A DNA stretch of 64,000 bases from Candidatus Poriferihabitaceae bacterium (GCA_965261915.1 CBDHDW010000013.1:2804561-2868560); one strand, 5' to 3'. Shown: positions 10,267 to 21,259, counted from the stretch's first letter. Notes: generated from the sequence alone by a model not told the origin. Made by a program: numbers and translations.

Positions 10267-10959
10267 ATGATCCAGACCAACCTGGGCACGACTACCGACG
10301 TTAAAGCGTTGAGAAAAATTTTCGATCCTGATGGGTTGCGTCTGGTGGATGTGGGTTGTGGTAGTGGTGATCTGGCACGAAAGCTCGCTTACGTTGGCGC
10401 GACGGTTGTTGGTGTTGAACCTGATGCAGTTCAAGCGGCAAAAAATGCCCAGGCTGATCCGGTTACCAATGTCAGCTTTCATGCGTCGCGGGCCAGTAAA
10501 TTGCCTCTGGAAGACCGCTCGGTCGATGGTGTGATGTTTAGCTTATCACTCCACCATATACCCCAGAGTGAAATGCAGTCGTCCATTGATGAGGCGTTTC
10601 GGGTAGTTACATCTAATGGGTTTTTCGCAGCAATCGAGCCGATGCTCGAAGGTTCTTACAACGATGCCATTGAACTGTTTCATGATGAAACCGAGGTGCG
10701 TCTACAAGCAATTCAAGCATTAAAAGATTTTGCGCAGCCCCGCTATTCCGGTTGGCAACAATATTATTACACCACTGAAACGACATACCATAACTTCGAA
10801 GACTTCGCGAGCTACCATATCGAAATGTCTCACTCTGCACTGAACCCCGATCTCATTCAATCTGAGGCTGTGCGTAAACGATTCGAATCAACGCGAGAAG
10901 GGGATTCGTACGTATTAAGACAACCGATGCGAATCGATTTTTTTACTGACCCTCGATAA
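10267..10959 (+). CDS. class I SAM-dependent methyltransferase
   Basis: SAM motif I VDVGCGSGDLARKLA, 230 aa. Confidence 0.8.
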   Translation: MIQTNLGTTTDVKALRKIFDPDGLRLVDVGCGSGDLARKLAYVGATVVGVEPDAVQAAKNAQADPVTNVSFHASRASKLPLEDRSVDGVMFSLSLHHIPQSEMQSSIDEAFRVVTSNGFFAAIEPMLEGSYNDAIELFHDETEVRLQAIQALKDFAQPRYSGWQQYYYTTETTYHNFEDFASYHIEMSHSALNPDLIQSEAVRKRFESTREGDSYVLRQPMRIDFFTDPR

Positions 10960-11349
10960 GGTAGCGGTAAAGTGGAGATCAGGTGCTGTCGTATGGTGAT
11001 TTCTTCATCCGGTCACGTCGATCAGACAGGATTGGGTTTATGCATAATTACCCGACATCCCTGTCGCAAGTGCCCCTGTGTTATTGGATGAGACATAACG
11101 TGAATCACCGCTAACGTTTCATCTGTGCAGATTAGCCATGGCGAAAGTCAATCTCGCCCGAGGAGCTATACCCTGAAAAAGTTAATTGAGTATTCGATTA
11201 ATATAGTGGTCACTTTTTTAACTCTTCCTGTACTTTTGTTTCTACTGCCAACGCTTTTATTTTGAGAGGCGCAAAGATCGTTTTTGCAGATTGCTAGATT
11301 GCTAGATTGCTATCGCACCCATCCGAATATCAATCCAGAAGAAATGGGT

Positions 11350-12828
11350 CTAAACGATCGTCTTCATCCCGGTCATATAGCCGCGCAGTTTTTTACCGAC
11401 AATTTCCACGGAGTGATTGCGAAGCGCATCGTTGATTTGTACTAGCTGTCGGTTATCGACACCGCTGTCTTTTGTATCCAGGCCTCTGCCAATCACATCG
11501 GCGCCAACAGAAGGCATAAACGCTTTTTCAAGAAATGGACGAGCGGTGTGATCGAATAAGTAACAACCGTATTCCGCAGTATCCGAAATTACCACGTTCA
11601 TCTCGTAGAGCTTTTTACGCGCAACGAGGTTGGCAATTAACGGTGTTTCATGGAGTGATTCATAGTACGCAGATTGTTCGATGATGCCGGCTTCAACCAT
11701 GGTTTCGTAGGCAAGCTCAACACCGGCACGAACGAATGCCACCATCAAAATACCATTGTCGAAGTATTCCTGCTCCGGGATTTCGTCCGCGCTGCATTCC
11801 TGATTTTCGAATGCGGTTTCTGCCGTAGCGGCACGCCAGCGCAGCAAGTCGGCATCGTCATTATCCCAGTCGGCCATCATTGTGCTGGAAAAATGCCCCG
11901 ACATGATATCGTCCTGGTGTTTTTGAAACAGAGGTCTAAGTAAATCTTTGAGTTGTTCCGAAAGTTCGAAAGCACGTACTTTCGCGGGATTGCTGAGCCG
12001 GTCCATCATATTGGTTACACCGCCGTGTTTCAGGGCTTCGGTAACCGTTTCCCAACCGAACTGAACCAGCTTTGCAGCGTATGCAGGATCAACGCCTTCT
12101 TCAATCATCTTGTTAAAACACAAAATGGATCCAGTTTGTAATGTGCCACACAAGATAGTCTGTTCGCCCATTAAATCTGATTTTACTTCGGCGATTGGTG
12201 ACGATTGTAAAACACCGGCTCGATGCCCGCCGGTTCCCACGGCGAGTGCCTTGGCGATTTTCAAACCATCTGAATTAGGATCGTTTTCGCGGTGTACTGC
12301 GATCAGTGTAGGCACACCAAATCCACGAACGTATTCTGCTCGTACTTCAGAACCCGGGCATTTCGGACACATCATTACAACGCTAATTTCCGGATTCACT
12401 TTCATGCCTTCTTCAACCAGATTGAAACCGTGCGCGTAGTCTAACGTGGACCCGGCCTTCATCATTGGCATGATGGCGCTCACCACTGCGGTGTGTTGCT
12501 TGTCTGGTGTGAGATTCATAACAATATCTGCGTCTGGAATCAGCTCCTCATAGGTGCCGACGTTAAAGCCATTTTCGGTCGCATTTTTCCACGACTGACG
12601 TTTCTCAGCGATGGCTTCTGCGCGAAGCGTGTAGCTCACGTTCAAACCGGAATCGCGTAGGTTCAAGCCCTGGTTTAATCCCTGAGCGCCGCAACCGACA
12701 ATGACGATTTTTTTCTGCCGGATATAGTCAACACCTTCAGAGAATTCACCGGGCTCCATGAATCGGCATTTAGCCAGCTCTTCCAGCTGGACTCGGAGTG
12801 GCAGGGTATTAAAATAGTTTTCACGCAT
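11350..12828 (-). CDS. ilvC: ketol-acid reductoisomerase, class II
   Basis: MRENYFNTL..., NADP site [21 protein letters not shown], about 490 aa; start moved from track start (12939) to Met at 12828. Confidence 0.95.
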   Translation of the reverse strand: MRENYFNTLPLRVQLEELAKCRFMEPGEFSEGVDYIRQKKIVIVGCGAQGLNQGLNLRDSGLNVSYTLRAEAIAEKRQSWKNATENGFNVGTYEELIPDADIVMNLTPDKQHTAVVSAIMPMMKAGSTLDYAHGFNLVEEGMKVNPEISVVMMCPKCPGSEVRAEYVRGFGVPTLIAVHRENDPNSDGLKIAKALAVGTGGHRAGVLQSSPIAEVKSDLMGEQTILCGTLQTGSILCFNKMIEEGVDPAYAAKLVQFGWETVTEALKHGGVTNMMDRLSNPAKVRAFELSEQLKDLLRPLFQKHQDDIMSGHFSSTMMADWDNDDADLLRWRAATAETAFENQECSADEIPEQEYFDNGILMVAFVRAGVELAYETMVEAGIIEQSAYYESLHETPLIANLVARKKLYEMNVVISDTAEYGCYLFDHTARPFLEKAFMPSVGADVIGRGLDTKDSGVDNRQLVQINDALRNHSVEIVGKKLRGYMTGMKTIV

Positions 12829-12944
12829 TGTATTGCTCCAATGAAGGCAGATTTCGGTAGGGTGTGAATGATAAAGGTTTTCTTTGTTGCGTATATTGAT
12901 ATATTTGATATACTGTATTGCGTAAATCGCAACAACCAACCGAA
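12829..12944. promoter_or_regulatory. divergent ilvY-ilvC promoter/operator region
   Basis: 116-bp AT-rich spacer between divergent ilvC and ilvY starts; arrangement is the classic IlvY-controlled one; operators not individually identified. Confidence 0.45.
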
Positions 12945-13856
12945 ATGGAAATCAGAGATTGCGAGGTATTCTTAAAACTCAGCGAAACCCTGCATTTTGG
13001 GCAAACCGCGGCGGCCTGCAATCTTAGTCCATCAGCGGTGAGTCGTTTGGTTCAGCGCCTGGAGCAATTCGTCGGTCAGAAATTACTGCAACGCGATAAT
13101 CGACAAGTACATTTAACTCCAGCCGGCCGACACTTTCAGAATTATGCCCGCAAGACGGTAGACGACTGGCAGCAGCTGCGGACAGATTTGTCACAAAATG
13201 AAGCGACTTTGAGTGGCGAAGTCAGTGTATTTGGTTCGGTGACTGCGAGTTACAGTATATTGACGCAGATATTGCCAACTATGCGGGAAAATCATCCGGG
13301 TATTGAGATTAAGCTGCGCACCGGTGATCAGGCTGACGGTGTTGAACGCGTTCTCGATGGGAAGGAGGATAGCGCTATTATTGCGATACCGGATAATTTT
13401 CCGGACAAATTGTCTTTTCTGCCTTTGCAATCAACGCCGCTGAAACTGATTGCTCCGAATATGCCAAGTGCCTCAACTCGAATTCTGGATCGGATACTAT
13501 CAAAAGAATCCGAACCAGACTGGAGCAAAATCCCGTTTGTCCTTGCCGAGCGCGGTTTGGCACGGGAGCGCTTGCTTCAACGCTTGCAGAAGCTTGACAG
13601 CAAACCGACAATATATGCGCAGGTTGCGGGTCACGAAGCGGTTGTTTCCATGGTTAGTCTTGGTTTCGGAATTGCTTTGGTGCCTGAGTTAGTCATCGAA
13701 CACAGCCCTCAGCGAAAAAATGTCCGGGTTTTGCCCTGGTTTACGGATTTGCCTGCATTTCAACTCGGCCTATGTGCGATGTACGAAAGGCTTGATGATC
13801 CGCTGTTGAATGCCCTGTGGCAATGTGTTCAACAGTCTCAATCTCCAACCCAGTAA
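12945..13856 (+). CDS. ilvY: LysR-family regulator of ilvC
   Basis: [26 protein letters not shown]; divergent from ilvC; ATG at 12945 preferred to upstream TTG. Confidence 0.85.
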   Translation: MEIRDCEVFLKLSETLHFGQTAAACNLSPSAVSRLVQRLEQFVGQKLLQRDNRQVHLTPAGRHFQNYARKTVDDWQQLRTDLSQNEATLSGEVSVFGSVTASYSILTQILPTMRENHPGIEIKLRTGDQADGVERVLDGKEDSAIIAIPDNFPDKLSFLPLQSTPLKLIAPNMPSASTRILDRILSKESEPDWSKIPFVLAERGLARERLLQRLQKLDSKPTIYAQVAGHEAVVSMVSLGFGIALVPELVIEHSPQRKNVRVLPWFTDLPAFQLGLCAMYERLDDPLLNALWQCVQQSQSPTQ

Positions 13857-13891
13857 AGTTTCCCGGTTACTGTGGTAAATTTTGTTCACCT

Positions 13892-15319
13892 GTGACAAAC
13901 ATAAAACTTAATCATTTAACCGTTCAGTTTGAGCAGCACTTTCAGTTGCTGGAGATCAATTGGACAATTCAACCCAATCAGCATTGGGCTGTTTGTGGTG
14001 CTAATGGTTCGGGTAAATCTGCTCTTGGTGCGGCATTAATGGGAGACGGCGAAGTGGTGTCCGGGACGTTAGATGGTTTACCTGATCGAATTGCGATTGC
14101 TTCATTCGAAGCTCAGGCGGTATTAATTGAAGCCGAACGGAAAAAAGATGACGCCGACATTCTTGATGTTATATCCGAAGGCACACCGGTACAGGAGTTG
14201 TTGGACGAAAAGTGTAAAAATGCCGCTTTGCAGCAGCAGCTAATCGGCGCGTTTAATTTTGCTCCATTACTGGATCAGGGTTTTCGCAAGCTTTCGTCAG
14301 GGGAGTCTCGAAAGCTCATGTTGATTCGGGCGCTGACACAGAACGCGGATCTGCTTATTCTCGACGAACCATTCGAAGGACTCGATGCGGCATCCTGCGA
14401 ATATTTGAAGAATTTCCTGACTAAACTGGCAGAGCACACACAAACCGTTTTTATCCTCAACCGATTCGATGAAATTCAGCCATTTGTCAGTCATGTTGCT
14501 TACCTAGAAGCCGGCCAGCTTATTCATCAAGTAGCGCGAACCGATGACGAAGCTTTTTCTGGGCTAAATCAATTACTTCATCTTAAAACCACAAGCCTCA
14601 GCATAGCCGACGCCGATGTCGATCACCGTGCCCCTGAATTGGAATCTGATAGCCCACTGGTCAGAATAAAAAATGGTTGTGTTGCTTATGGGGACACAAT
14701 CATATTCAACAATATTGACTGGACTATCGAGCGTGGTCAGCACTGGCAGGTTACCGGCCCAAATGGCAGCGGTAAAACCTGCTTGCTCAATCTCATTACC
14801 GGCGACCATCCGCAATGTTATACCAACGATATTGATGTCTTTGGGATGCGGCGAGGCAATGGTGAAAGTATCTGGGATATAAAGCAATATCTGGGCTACG
14901 TTTCCAGCGCTCTCCAGTGGCAGTACAACGTCAGCGTTTCGGTAAAAAATGCAATCGTTTCAGGTTTTTTTGACAGCATTGGTATTTACCAGAAATACAG
15001 TGAACAACAATCGAAGATTGCTGATCAATGGCTTTCGTTACTCGGTATGGAAAACCGCGCAAACCAGCCGTTCAGTCAACTATCGTTTGGTGACCAACGT
15101 CTGCTCCTCATTGCTCGCGCGATGGTCAAGCATCCGCCGCTGCTCATCCTGGATGAGCCATGCCTTGGTCTGGATGAGTTAAACCGACAGCGGGTATTGG
15201 CTTTAATTGAAAAAATTTGTCTCGGTAGTGAAACCACAGTGCTGTATGTGAATCATCATTCCGAGGACAGGATTCCGGGCATACAAAATCATTTGGCGAT
15301 GACGCTGCGCCCCAATTAG
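13892..15319 (+). CDS. modF: ModF-like double-NBD ABC ATPase (no membrane domain)
   Basis: Two NBDs: Walker A GANGSGKS and GPNGSGKT, signatures LSSGE / LSFGD, LILDEP twice; collinear with E. coli ModF as remembered; GTG 13892 chosen to avoid overlap with ilvY. Confidence 0.75.
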   Translation: MTNIKLNHLTVQFEQHFQLLEINWTIQPNQHWAVCGANGSGKSALGAALMGDGEVVSGTLDGLPDRIAIASFEAQAVLIEAERKKDDADILDVISEGTPVQELLDEKCKNAALQQQLIGAFNFAPLLDQGFRKLSSGESRKLMLIRALTQNADLLILDEPFEGLDAASCEYLKNFLTKLAEHTQTVFILNRFDEIQPFVSHVAYLEAGQLIHQVARTDDEAFSGLNQLLHLKTTSLSIADADVDHRAPELESDSPLVRIKNGCVAYGDTIIFNNIDWTIERGQHWQVTGPNGSGKTCLLNLITGDHPQCYTNDIDVFGMRRGNGESIWDIKQYLGYVSSALQWQYNVSVSVKNAIVSGFFDSIGIYQKYSEQQSKIADQWLSLLGMENRANQPFSQLSFGDQRLLLIARAMVKHPPLLILDEPCLGLDELNRQRVLALIEKICLGSETTVLYVNHHSEDRIPGIQNHLAMTLRPN

Positions 15320-16158
15320 AAATTCCGCTCCAACATCGACACTGCATAGTCAGCGAACACCTGATACGCATCTACAAGCTGCGGTGCTTCGTCGGACAAT
15401 GCGCTGATGTGGCGCTTCATCGTTGCCAGATCGCCTCGCGTAATAGGTCCGCTCAATGCTGCCACCGGAGGGTGATGATCAAGATTTTCAAGCGTTGCCC
15501 TGATAATTGGCTGACAGGCTTGCCAGAATTCCCGCTCATCGATGCCGCCAGCCCTGGCAGTCTGTAAGCTCATGTCCATCAATACGGTCAAATAGTTGGA
15601 TGCAAACACGCATGCTGCGTGGTACAAAACCTTGTTTTTGGCTTCGATCGTTCTGATGCCAAATCCGGCTGGTTCAAACATGTCTCGTAAAGCGGGTAGC
15701 GCTTGAGCATCCCCTTCGCAATAGAGATAACTGCCATGTCCGTCAGACAAGACATCCAGCGAGGCCTCAAGGTTGGGAAAGGTGTTGAGCGGGTGCGCAG
15801 ATGCCGTTAGACAGCCAGTTTGTTTTGCGCTGTTCAGGGCGCAGTGATCAAGAGAGCCCGAACAATGCACAACGATTTCGCGACCAGAAAGTCTGTCGGC
15901 CAGAAGTTCGCAGGTTGATTCAATTGCAAAATCCGGCACGCAAAGTAACAGTAGATCGGTATTATCAAAACGCGTCGGATATTCGCGGACCGTGAGGTTG
16001 GGTGGTTGATCTATTCCTCTGGTTGCCAGCGCACCTGATAATCGCTTCGCTGCTTGTTCAGAGTCTCGGGAAATCAATTCTACCGAATGCCCCTGGCGTG
16101 AAAGACATAGCGCCAACGCAGAGCCAAGTTGACCAACCCCGCAGATACTCACTTTCAT
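15316..16158 (-). CDS. Rossmann-fold NAD(P)-binding protein, DUF2520-type
   Basis: N-terminal ICGVGQLGSALA dinucleotide fold; 280 aa; 4-nt convergent overlap with modF stop. Confidence 0.65.
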   Translation of the reverse strand: MKVSICGVGQLGSALALCLSRQGHSVELISRDSEQAAKRLSGALATRGIDQPPNLTVREYPTRFDNTDLLLLCVPDFAIESTCELLADRLSGREIVVHCSGSLDHCALNSAKQTGCLTASAHPLNTFPNLEASLDVLSDGHGSYLYCEGDAQALPALRDMFEPAGFGIRTIEAKNKVLYHAACVFASNYLTVLMDMSLQTARAGGIDEREFWQACQPIIRATLENLDHHPPVAALSGPITRGDLATMKRHISALSDEAPQLVDAYQVFADYAVSMLERNF

Positions 16159-16216
16159 TCTATAACCTGCCGTTGCGCTTATGATGTGAATTTAAGAAAA
16201 ATGAAAACCGAATTCA

Positions 16217-16690
16217 CTAACATATCGCAATGCTGCCGCGCCTCCCCTCGGTAACGTAGCCCACTATCGATGCTGAATGCTCCCCTGCGTTTTGCAGCAG
16301 CTCAACCACCTTTGGCGATTTTTGGCTAGCCACACCCAACAGAAATCCACCTGAAGTCTGCGGATCAAACATGATATCTGTTGCTTTGGAACGATCATGT
16401 TCGTCGATGTATTTGCTCGCATAAGATTTGTTTTCCAGTTCTAGGGAGCGCACAATATTTCGATCAAAAACGGATTGAACACGATCATACATTGGCAGGG
16501 ACTCAGCATGCAATTCAATATGAACGCCGGATGCTGCCGCCATTTCCCCAGGATGACCAAGCAAACCAAAACCGGTTACATCTGTACATGCACTGACATT
16601 CTGGCTTCTCAGAATAGCTGACGACACTTCATTTGTTGGTTTCATTTCTGTGAGCATGACCCGAATGGAAATGCCAATGACTCGCATTAA
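16217..16690 (-). pseudogene. selD: selenide, water dikinase, C-terminal half only
   Basis: CTDVTGFGLLGH...DPQTSGGFLL...IVGYV match SelD C-terminal domain; N-terminal part of track ORF (to 16915) is unrelated; catalytic N-terminus absent. Confidence 0.7.
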
Positions 16691-17160
16691 CTGCAAGAAC
16701 GCAAGGATTGCGAAAGGGTTGAATGAATGACTCATTCGGGAATTATATCTTGGGGCTGACCCAGATAACCACCTTAGGTGACGTCTAACCCACTGCCTTA
16801 GCGGTAGTAATTGGATATTATTTTTATTTGCGTGTGCTATGTTTTTATACACAGAATATTCTGTCATTATTTGGTTGTTTGACTTGATTTTTGAGAAATC
16901 ATGAACGAAGCCCAAACCAAACTCGATTTAATATATCCAGCCTTAAAAGCATCAGGTTGGATGTGGCAGGAGGTAGCCGTTTATGTTTGGAATTTCCTGT
17001 AATTATGAACAAAAAACACGAATACCTAAAGAAAGACCATCCAAAAAACGGAAGTTTGTTGTCATCTTTGACACAATAGATACAAACTCCTATACTTTGT
17101 TGTCATCTTGACAAATCAAGACGTAACCCATGAAAACTACAGGTAACGATGCAAGAAATC

Positions 17161-17260
17161 CTCGCTAGGTCGAATTGTTGGTGGAAACCCTTTCGGGTTT
17201 GGCTGTTTTGCTGGATTCCTGCTCCCCGCCTACACGGGGACAGGCTGCGCGGGAATGACG
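17161..17260. repeat. about 100-bp intergenic repeat ending in a dRS3-like palindrome (degenerate copy)
   Basis: CTCGCTAGGTCG...GGTGGAAACCCTTTCGGGTTTGGCTGTTTTGCTGGATTCCTGC...GCGGGAATGACG; related copies at 43941-43996 and 48096-48174. Confidence 0.8.
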
Positions 17261-17392
17261 TTCTTGCGCAGGGGCCGCAGAAAGTTATCGACCGATTCGT
17301 TAAAATGGGCATTCTACAGCTTAAAACAGCAAGATAAAATATCGACAATGTTATGTTTATAGCGATTACATTAACATTTTTATAGACGAATA

Positions 17393-17542
17393 ATGATGAA
17401 CGAAGCCGACACCAGGGTGGAATTGATTGAACCCAAGCTCAAAGGCGCAGGTCGTCGCCCCATAGGTATTGAGCGCATGCGGCGCATTTACTTTCTTCAG
17501 CGCTGGTTTAATTTATCTGATCCTGCCCGCCAGCGTACATGA
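17393..17542 (+). pseudogene. chimeric remnant: type I restriction HsdR N-terminus fused in frame to an IS5-family transposase fragment
   Basis: MMNEADTRVELIEPKLKGAG (HsdR-type N-terminus) continues as RRPIGIERMRRIYFLQRWFNLSDPA (IS5/IS903-group transposase motif) then stop. Confidence 0.6.
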
Positions 17543-18420
17543 CTCGGTAGTCATTGGTGATTGACTGCACGGTGAAGAGACCCGTGTCTGGGGTGATTGG
17601 ACTTATGCGGGGAAAAAGGCGACCATTCACTCGATGGCTCCCAATGCGAAAGACTTCACCCAGAGGAAGGGCAGCCGCTATCACAAACTGACCGATGAGC
17701 CATGAATAAATTTCAAACAAGCATATTATTGAGCGCAATTATTGTGGTGGCTATTGTTGTTGCTGCGTCCCTGAAAAACGAGTGGTTTGCGACTGTTAAG
17801 CAGGATGAGCTTACCTATGTTGATGTGATATTGGCGCAATATGGGTGTACTGTTAGCGAAGCCAACAAAATTGATGATGAAGAATCCGATCATTATATAT
17901 CCTATCGTTGCCATGAAGGGACGGATAATTATGCGGAAATATCTATTATTACGTCCGTTTTTAAAGATTTTAACGCAGACGGCAAAAAAGAAATATTCAT
18001 TGCCTGGGGTGAGAATTTTGGCGGTACTTATGTGGGCGCAATGTATGGGGTATTTGATGGCACTGATACGATAAAGAGCAGGACAACTGTCGGCGACCGG
18101 GTGGGCATTAAGCAGGTTTATTTTGAAAACGGACTTATTGTTGTGGATTTAAAAACCCATGGGCAGGACGATGCGCGATGTTGTCCGACAGTAGCAATGA
18201 CAAAGAAATTTCAATGGGATGGACAAGTGCTCATTCCATATCCCCAACAACGCGCACATGAGTAGGGCGCTTATTTGGAAAAATGAAAGGTCGGTTTGAA
18301 TTTGTGCGTTATAAGGGGCTGGCTAAAAATGCTCACCACCTGTTTGTTATCAGTGTATTGACCAATTTGCTGGTAGCACAGCAGCATTTATTCAAACAAA
18401 GCGAGCTATTGGTGTAGTGC
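17453..18420 (+). mobile_element. IS5-family (IS903-group-like) transposase gene remnants, interior replaced by an unrelated ORF
   Basis: VWGDWTYAGKKA...MAPNAKDFTQRKGSRYHKLTDE (17585-17700) and LFGKMKGRFEFVRYKGLAKNAHHLFVISVLTNL (18268-18417) are collinear transposase pieces. Confidence 0.6.
17702..18265 (+). CDS. hypothetical N-terminally membrane-anchored protein (187 aa)
   Basis: ATG start, one N-terminal hydrophobic helix (ILLSAIIVVAIVVAA), no known motif recognised; occupies the gap in the IS5 remnant. Confidence 0.5.
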   Translation: MNKFQTSILLSAIIVVAIVVAASLKNEWFATVKQDELTYVDVILAQYGCTVSEANKIDDEESDHYISYRCHEGTDNYAEISIITSVFKDFNADGKKEIFIAWGENFGGTYVGAMYGVFDGTDTIKSRTTVGDRVGIKQVYFENGLIVVDLKTHGQDDARCCPTVAMTKKFQWDGQVLIPYPQQRAHE

Positions 18421-18769
18421 GCCCTAAAAACAGGAAATAGCTGCCATCGCACAAAATACGGTGCAAATAACGGCTTTTTTATAAATTTGAAGAATTTGAA
18501 CATCTGTATTTAAAAAGCTGAAACGAATTTGTCCGTAGCGTTAATTGATCAGACGTTCCCTAGGTTGTGTCTCCACCGAAACCTCCCGCCTTGCTGTCGC
18601 AGGAGCGGGCTTAACCGATAATGATTAGGGCGTAGTATCGTGTTGCGGGTTTTGCCTTGTCGCGTCAAGGCGCAATTTGCACAGACCGACACAGCGTTTC
18701 CGTTTCTAATCGCTTTGTTTGAAAAGCGGTATAATCGGTTATTCTGTCATTATTTATTTTCGATATGAC

Positions 18770-19669
18770 CCAATGCCGACACTGGACTTCAAAGGTAAAC
18801 CACTTATTTATGCTCACCACCTGAGCGTTTCGTCAAGGACGTTTGATATGGATGTTAAAAAATCGCTTGCAGAGAAAGGCAAGTCGTCTCTGGACGACAA
18901 TCTGATTATTCATGGCGATAACCTGGCCGCACTCAAGGCGTTACTGCCGCGTTATGCCGGGCGGATAAACTGCATTTACATTGACCCGCCATACAACACC
19001 GGCAATGAAAAATGGCTGTATAACAACAATGTCAACAGCCCGATGATGAAAGAGTGGCTGAAAGGTAAGAGTCCGGTGGACGGCGAAGATCTGGAACGGC
19101 ACGACAAATGGCTGTGCATGATGTGGCCACGCTTGCAGTTGTTACGCGAATTACTGAGCGATGACGGGGTGATTTTTATCTCCATTGACGACAACGAACA
19201 ACACCGCTTGCGGATGGTGATGGATGAGATTTTTGGCGAGGAGAATTTTGTTGCTTGCTTGCCAACCGTCATGAATCTCAAGGGAAACAACTGCACATTA
19301 GGCGATGAAATCAGCATCGAAAAAATGCTCAGCGGCAAGAACCTGCCGGACTACGACACCTTTGCCCGCCATCTGGTTTATACCGCAAGCGGACAATCGC
19401 CGAACAAAATCCGCAAAGCCATAGGTAAAGACGGCTTCTTTTATGAAACGCCTGACAGACTGTTTTATCTCATCTATGAGCCAAACCGCACGTTTTTATT
19501 GAGTGTCGAATCCGCCCTGAACAGCACCCGCGCCGAACGCATTGCCAAACAAGTAAAGACAAAAAACAAAACCGCCGTAGTGTTTGCCGCGCATAAATTT
19601 ATCGGGCAGAAAGAATTGACGGCAATGGGCATCGTCTTTTGCGGTTTGCCGTATGGCAGGCTTGACTAA
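18770..19669 (+). pseudogene. type III restriction-modification methyltransferase (Mod), large internal deletion
   Basis: N-terminus MPTLDFKGKPLIYAHHL, IIHGDNLAALKAL, motif IV IYIDPPYNTG; only about 300 aa where Mod proteins are roughly twice that, so the SAM motif I / TRD part is absent. Confidence 0.65.
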
Positions 19670-19705
19670 TCAGGTGGTTTTTATTTTGGGGGCATAAGCA
19701 ATGAA
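19653..19705. repeat. 53-bp direct repeat, copy 1
   Basis: ATGGCAGGCTTGACTAATCAGGTGGTT..TTATTTTG...GCATAAGCAATGAA repeated at 20223-20275 with about 4 mismatches. Confidence 0.9.
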
Positions 19706-20069
19706 TTTTTATACTATCTTTACTATTGTGGCTATCTTAATTGGCCCTTGCCTGGCTGTCTATGTCAACGGTTATCTTGACCGGCGGCGCGAAAAAAGAG
19801 CGCGGAAGATGGATATATTCAGAACGTTAATGCGTACACGAAATGCGCGTTTATCACCCGATCATGTCGGTGCCCTTAATCTGGTTGAGATAGAATTTGT
19901 TAATCATCCAGAAGTTGTAAAAAATTGGAAAGCACTCCACGATCATCTTGGAACACCACACCCTAAACACCATAATGAAGAAGAAAACGCTAATTTGTAC
20001 GATGAACGACTCACTGATGAACGATTTAAATTGCTTACGAATATGCTTAACTCAATGGCTAAGGTGTAA
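19701..20069 (+). CDS. hypothetical protein with N-terminal TM helix (122 aa)
   Basis: ATG inside repeat copy 1; a further 51 codons readable in another frame (20087-20240) end in the same ...HGRLD* tail as the mod remnant. Confidence 0.4.
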   Translation: MNFYTIFTIVAILIGPCLAVYVNGYLDRRREKRARKMDIFRTLMRTRNARLSPDHVGALNLVEIEFVNHPEVVKNWKALHDHLGTPHPKHHNEEENANLYDERLTDERFKLLTNMLNSMAKV

Positions 20070-20222
20070 AGTTTAAGGTAGAACAAATGGAAATTTTAAA
20101 GGGTGGGTATCATCCACAAAGATATGAGGATATAGAATTGGAGCAATTGATTGCGCGTCGTTACATTGTTGATCTTGCAGAGGGTCGAGCAAATGTACCT
20201 GTTAAAATTACCAGTGCGCCAC

Positions 20223-20275
20223 ATGGCAGGCTTGACTAATCAGGTGGTTCTTATTTTGAGAGCATAAGCAATGAA
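20223..20275. repeat. 53-bp direct repeat, copy 2
   Basis: See 19653-19705; contains the hicB start. Confidence 0.9.
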
Positions 20276-20477
20276 ATTCAATATAACAATGGTACAAGAT
20301 GAAGACGGCGTATGGATTACCGAATGCCCTGCTATACCGGGTTGCGTCAGCCAGGGAGAGACACGACAACGGGCACTGGACAATATTCAGGAAGCCATTG
20401 CACTTTGTCTTGAGGTGCGCGCCGAAAAAGGACTTCCGCTGACTGTAGAAACGCGGCAAGTCGAGGTCGCGATGTAA
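20271..20477 (+). CDS. hicB: HicB-family antitoxin (short, UPF0150-type)
   Basis: 68 aa, DEDGVWITECPAIPGCVSQGETRQRALDNIQEAI typical of HicB N-domain; 1-nt overlap with hicA. Confidence 0.8.
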   Translation: MKFNITMVQDEDGVWITECPAIPGCVSQGETRQRALDNIQEAIALCLEVRAEKGLPLTVETRQVEVAM

Positions 20478-20698
20478 TGCCGGTCTTACCCGCTTTGAGC
20501 GGCAAGGAAGTAACACGGGGTTTCGTAAAATTGGGTTGGATTGTGGTACGCCGAAAAGGCAGTCACATTATTCTGACAAAGGAGGGTGAGATGGCTACGC
20601 TCTCCGTGCCGAATCATCAGCAAGTTGCCAAAGGAACGCTGAGAAGTTTAATTCGTTCGGCTGGGTTGACTGTAGATGAGTTTTGCGCAGTGCTATAA
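20477..20698 (+). CDS. hicA: HicA-family mRNA interferase toxin
   Basis: 73 aa, GKEVTRGFVKLGWIVVRRKGSHIIL...VPNH pattern of HicA/YcfA. Confidence 0.8.
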   Translation: MPVLPALSGKEVTRGFVKLGWIVVRRKGSHIILTKEGEMATLSVPNHQQVAKGTLRSLIRSAGLTVDEFCAVL

Positions 20699-20750
20699 GG
20701 CGTAAAATAAAAAACTTGATGCGATACGATGGTTAAATGGAGAAAAGAAC

Positions 20751-20990
20751 ATGGCAACCACGGATAAACTAAATCTATTTGGAGAAGTAGTGCCGCCGAC
20801 GATTACAATTGCGGAATCCGCCAAGTGCGTGGAGGTTTCAACGGCAACAATACGAAATTGGATAAAACTGGTTATTTGGAACAGGCGGGAAAAAGTAAGA
20901 TTACACTTGACTCTTTAGAACGGTTCAAGCGTGAAATTTCCGGAAAGGAGAAGCTCACCAAAAGAGCAAATAAGTCACAAAAAGACCTGC
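20751..20990 (+). pseudogene. N-terminal fragment (HTH) of a restriction/methylase-type protein, frameshifted and truncated
   Basis: MATTDKLNLFGEVVPPTITIAESAKCVEVSTATIRNWIK then a frame slip at an A-run, continuing TGYLEQAGKSKITLDSLERFK; ends where the IS256 fragment begins. Confidence 0.35.
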
Positions 20991-21155
20991 ATGTCCAGCC
21001 TCGGTGCGGCGATCAGCGTACTGCTCAAGCTGCGCATACCGCTCGGCCTCGATCGCTTGGTGGATCAGTTTTTGTGCGCCGGCTTGTAATAGTTCATTCA
21101 ATGGATCTGTACTCGCTTCTCGACCTTCAAATTCAATAACATTATTCTTGCTCAT
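20982..21155 (-). pseudogene. IS256-family transposase, N-terminal about 58 aa only
   Basis: MSKNNVIEFEGREASTDPLNELLQAGAQKLIHQAIEAE...RRTEAG resembles IS256-type transposase N-termini. Confidence 0.5.
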
Positions 21156-21259
21156 GATGGTATATCCTAATTGGTTGCTTGATTGTATGGTAACTTCCAA
21201 TCAACCAGATACGCCGCTTTTTTTCAAACCCTCAAACACCAGATTCGGTTATAACTCAC

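Noticed and set aside
11284-11312. Short tandem AGATTGCT x3 downstream of ilvC
   Set aside because: The repeat is real but tiny (three 8-bp units) and sits in an intergenic region. There is no evidence for function beyond slippage.
16691-16915. N-terminal 75 aa of the 232-aa ORF containing the selD remnant
   Set aside because: It has no similarity to the SelD N-terminus, the sequence is AT-rich, and it looks like read-in from non-coding DNA. Only 16217-16690 is called as the remnant.
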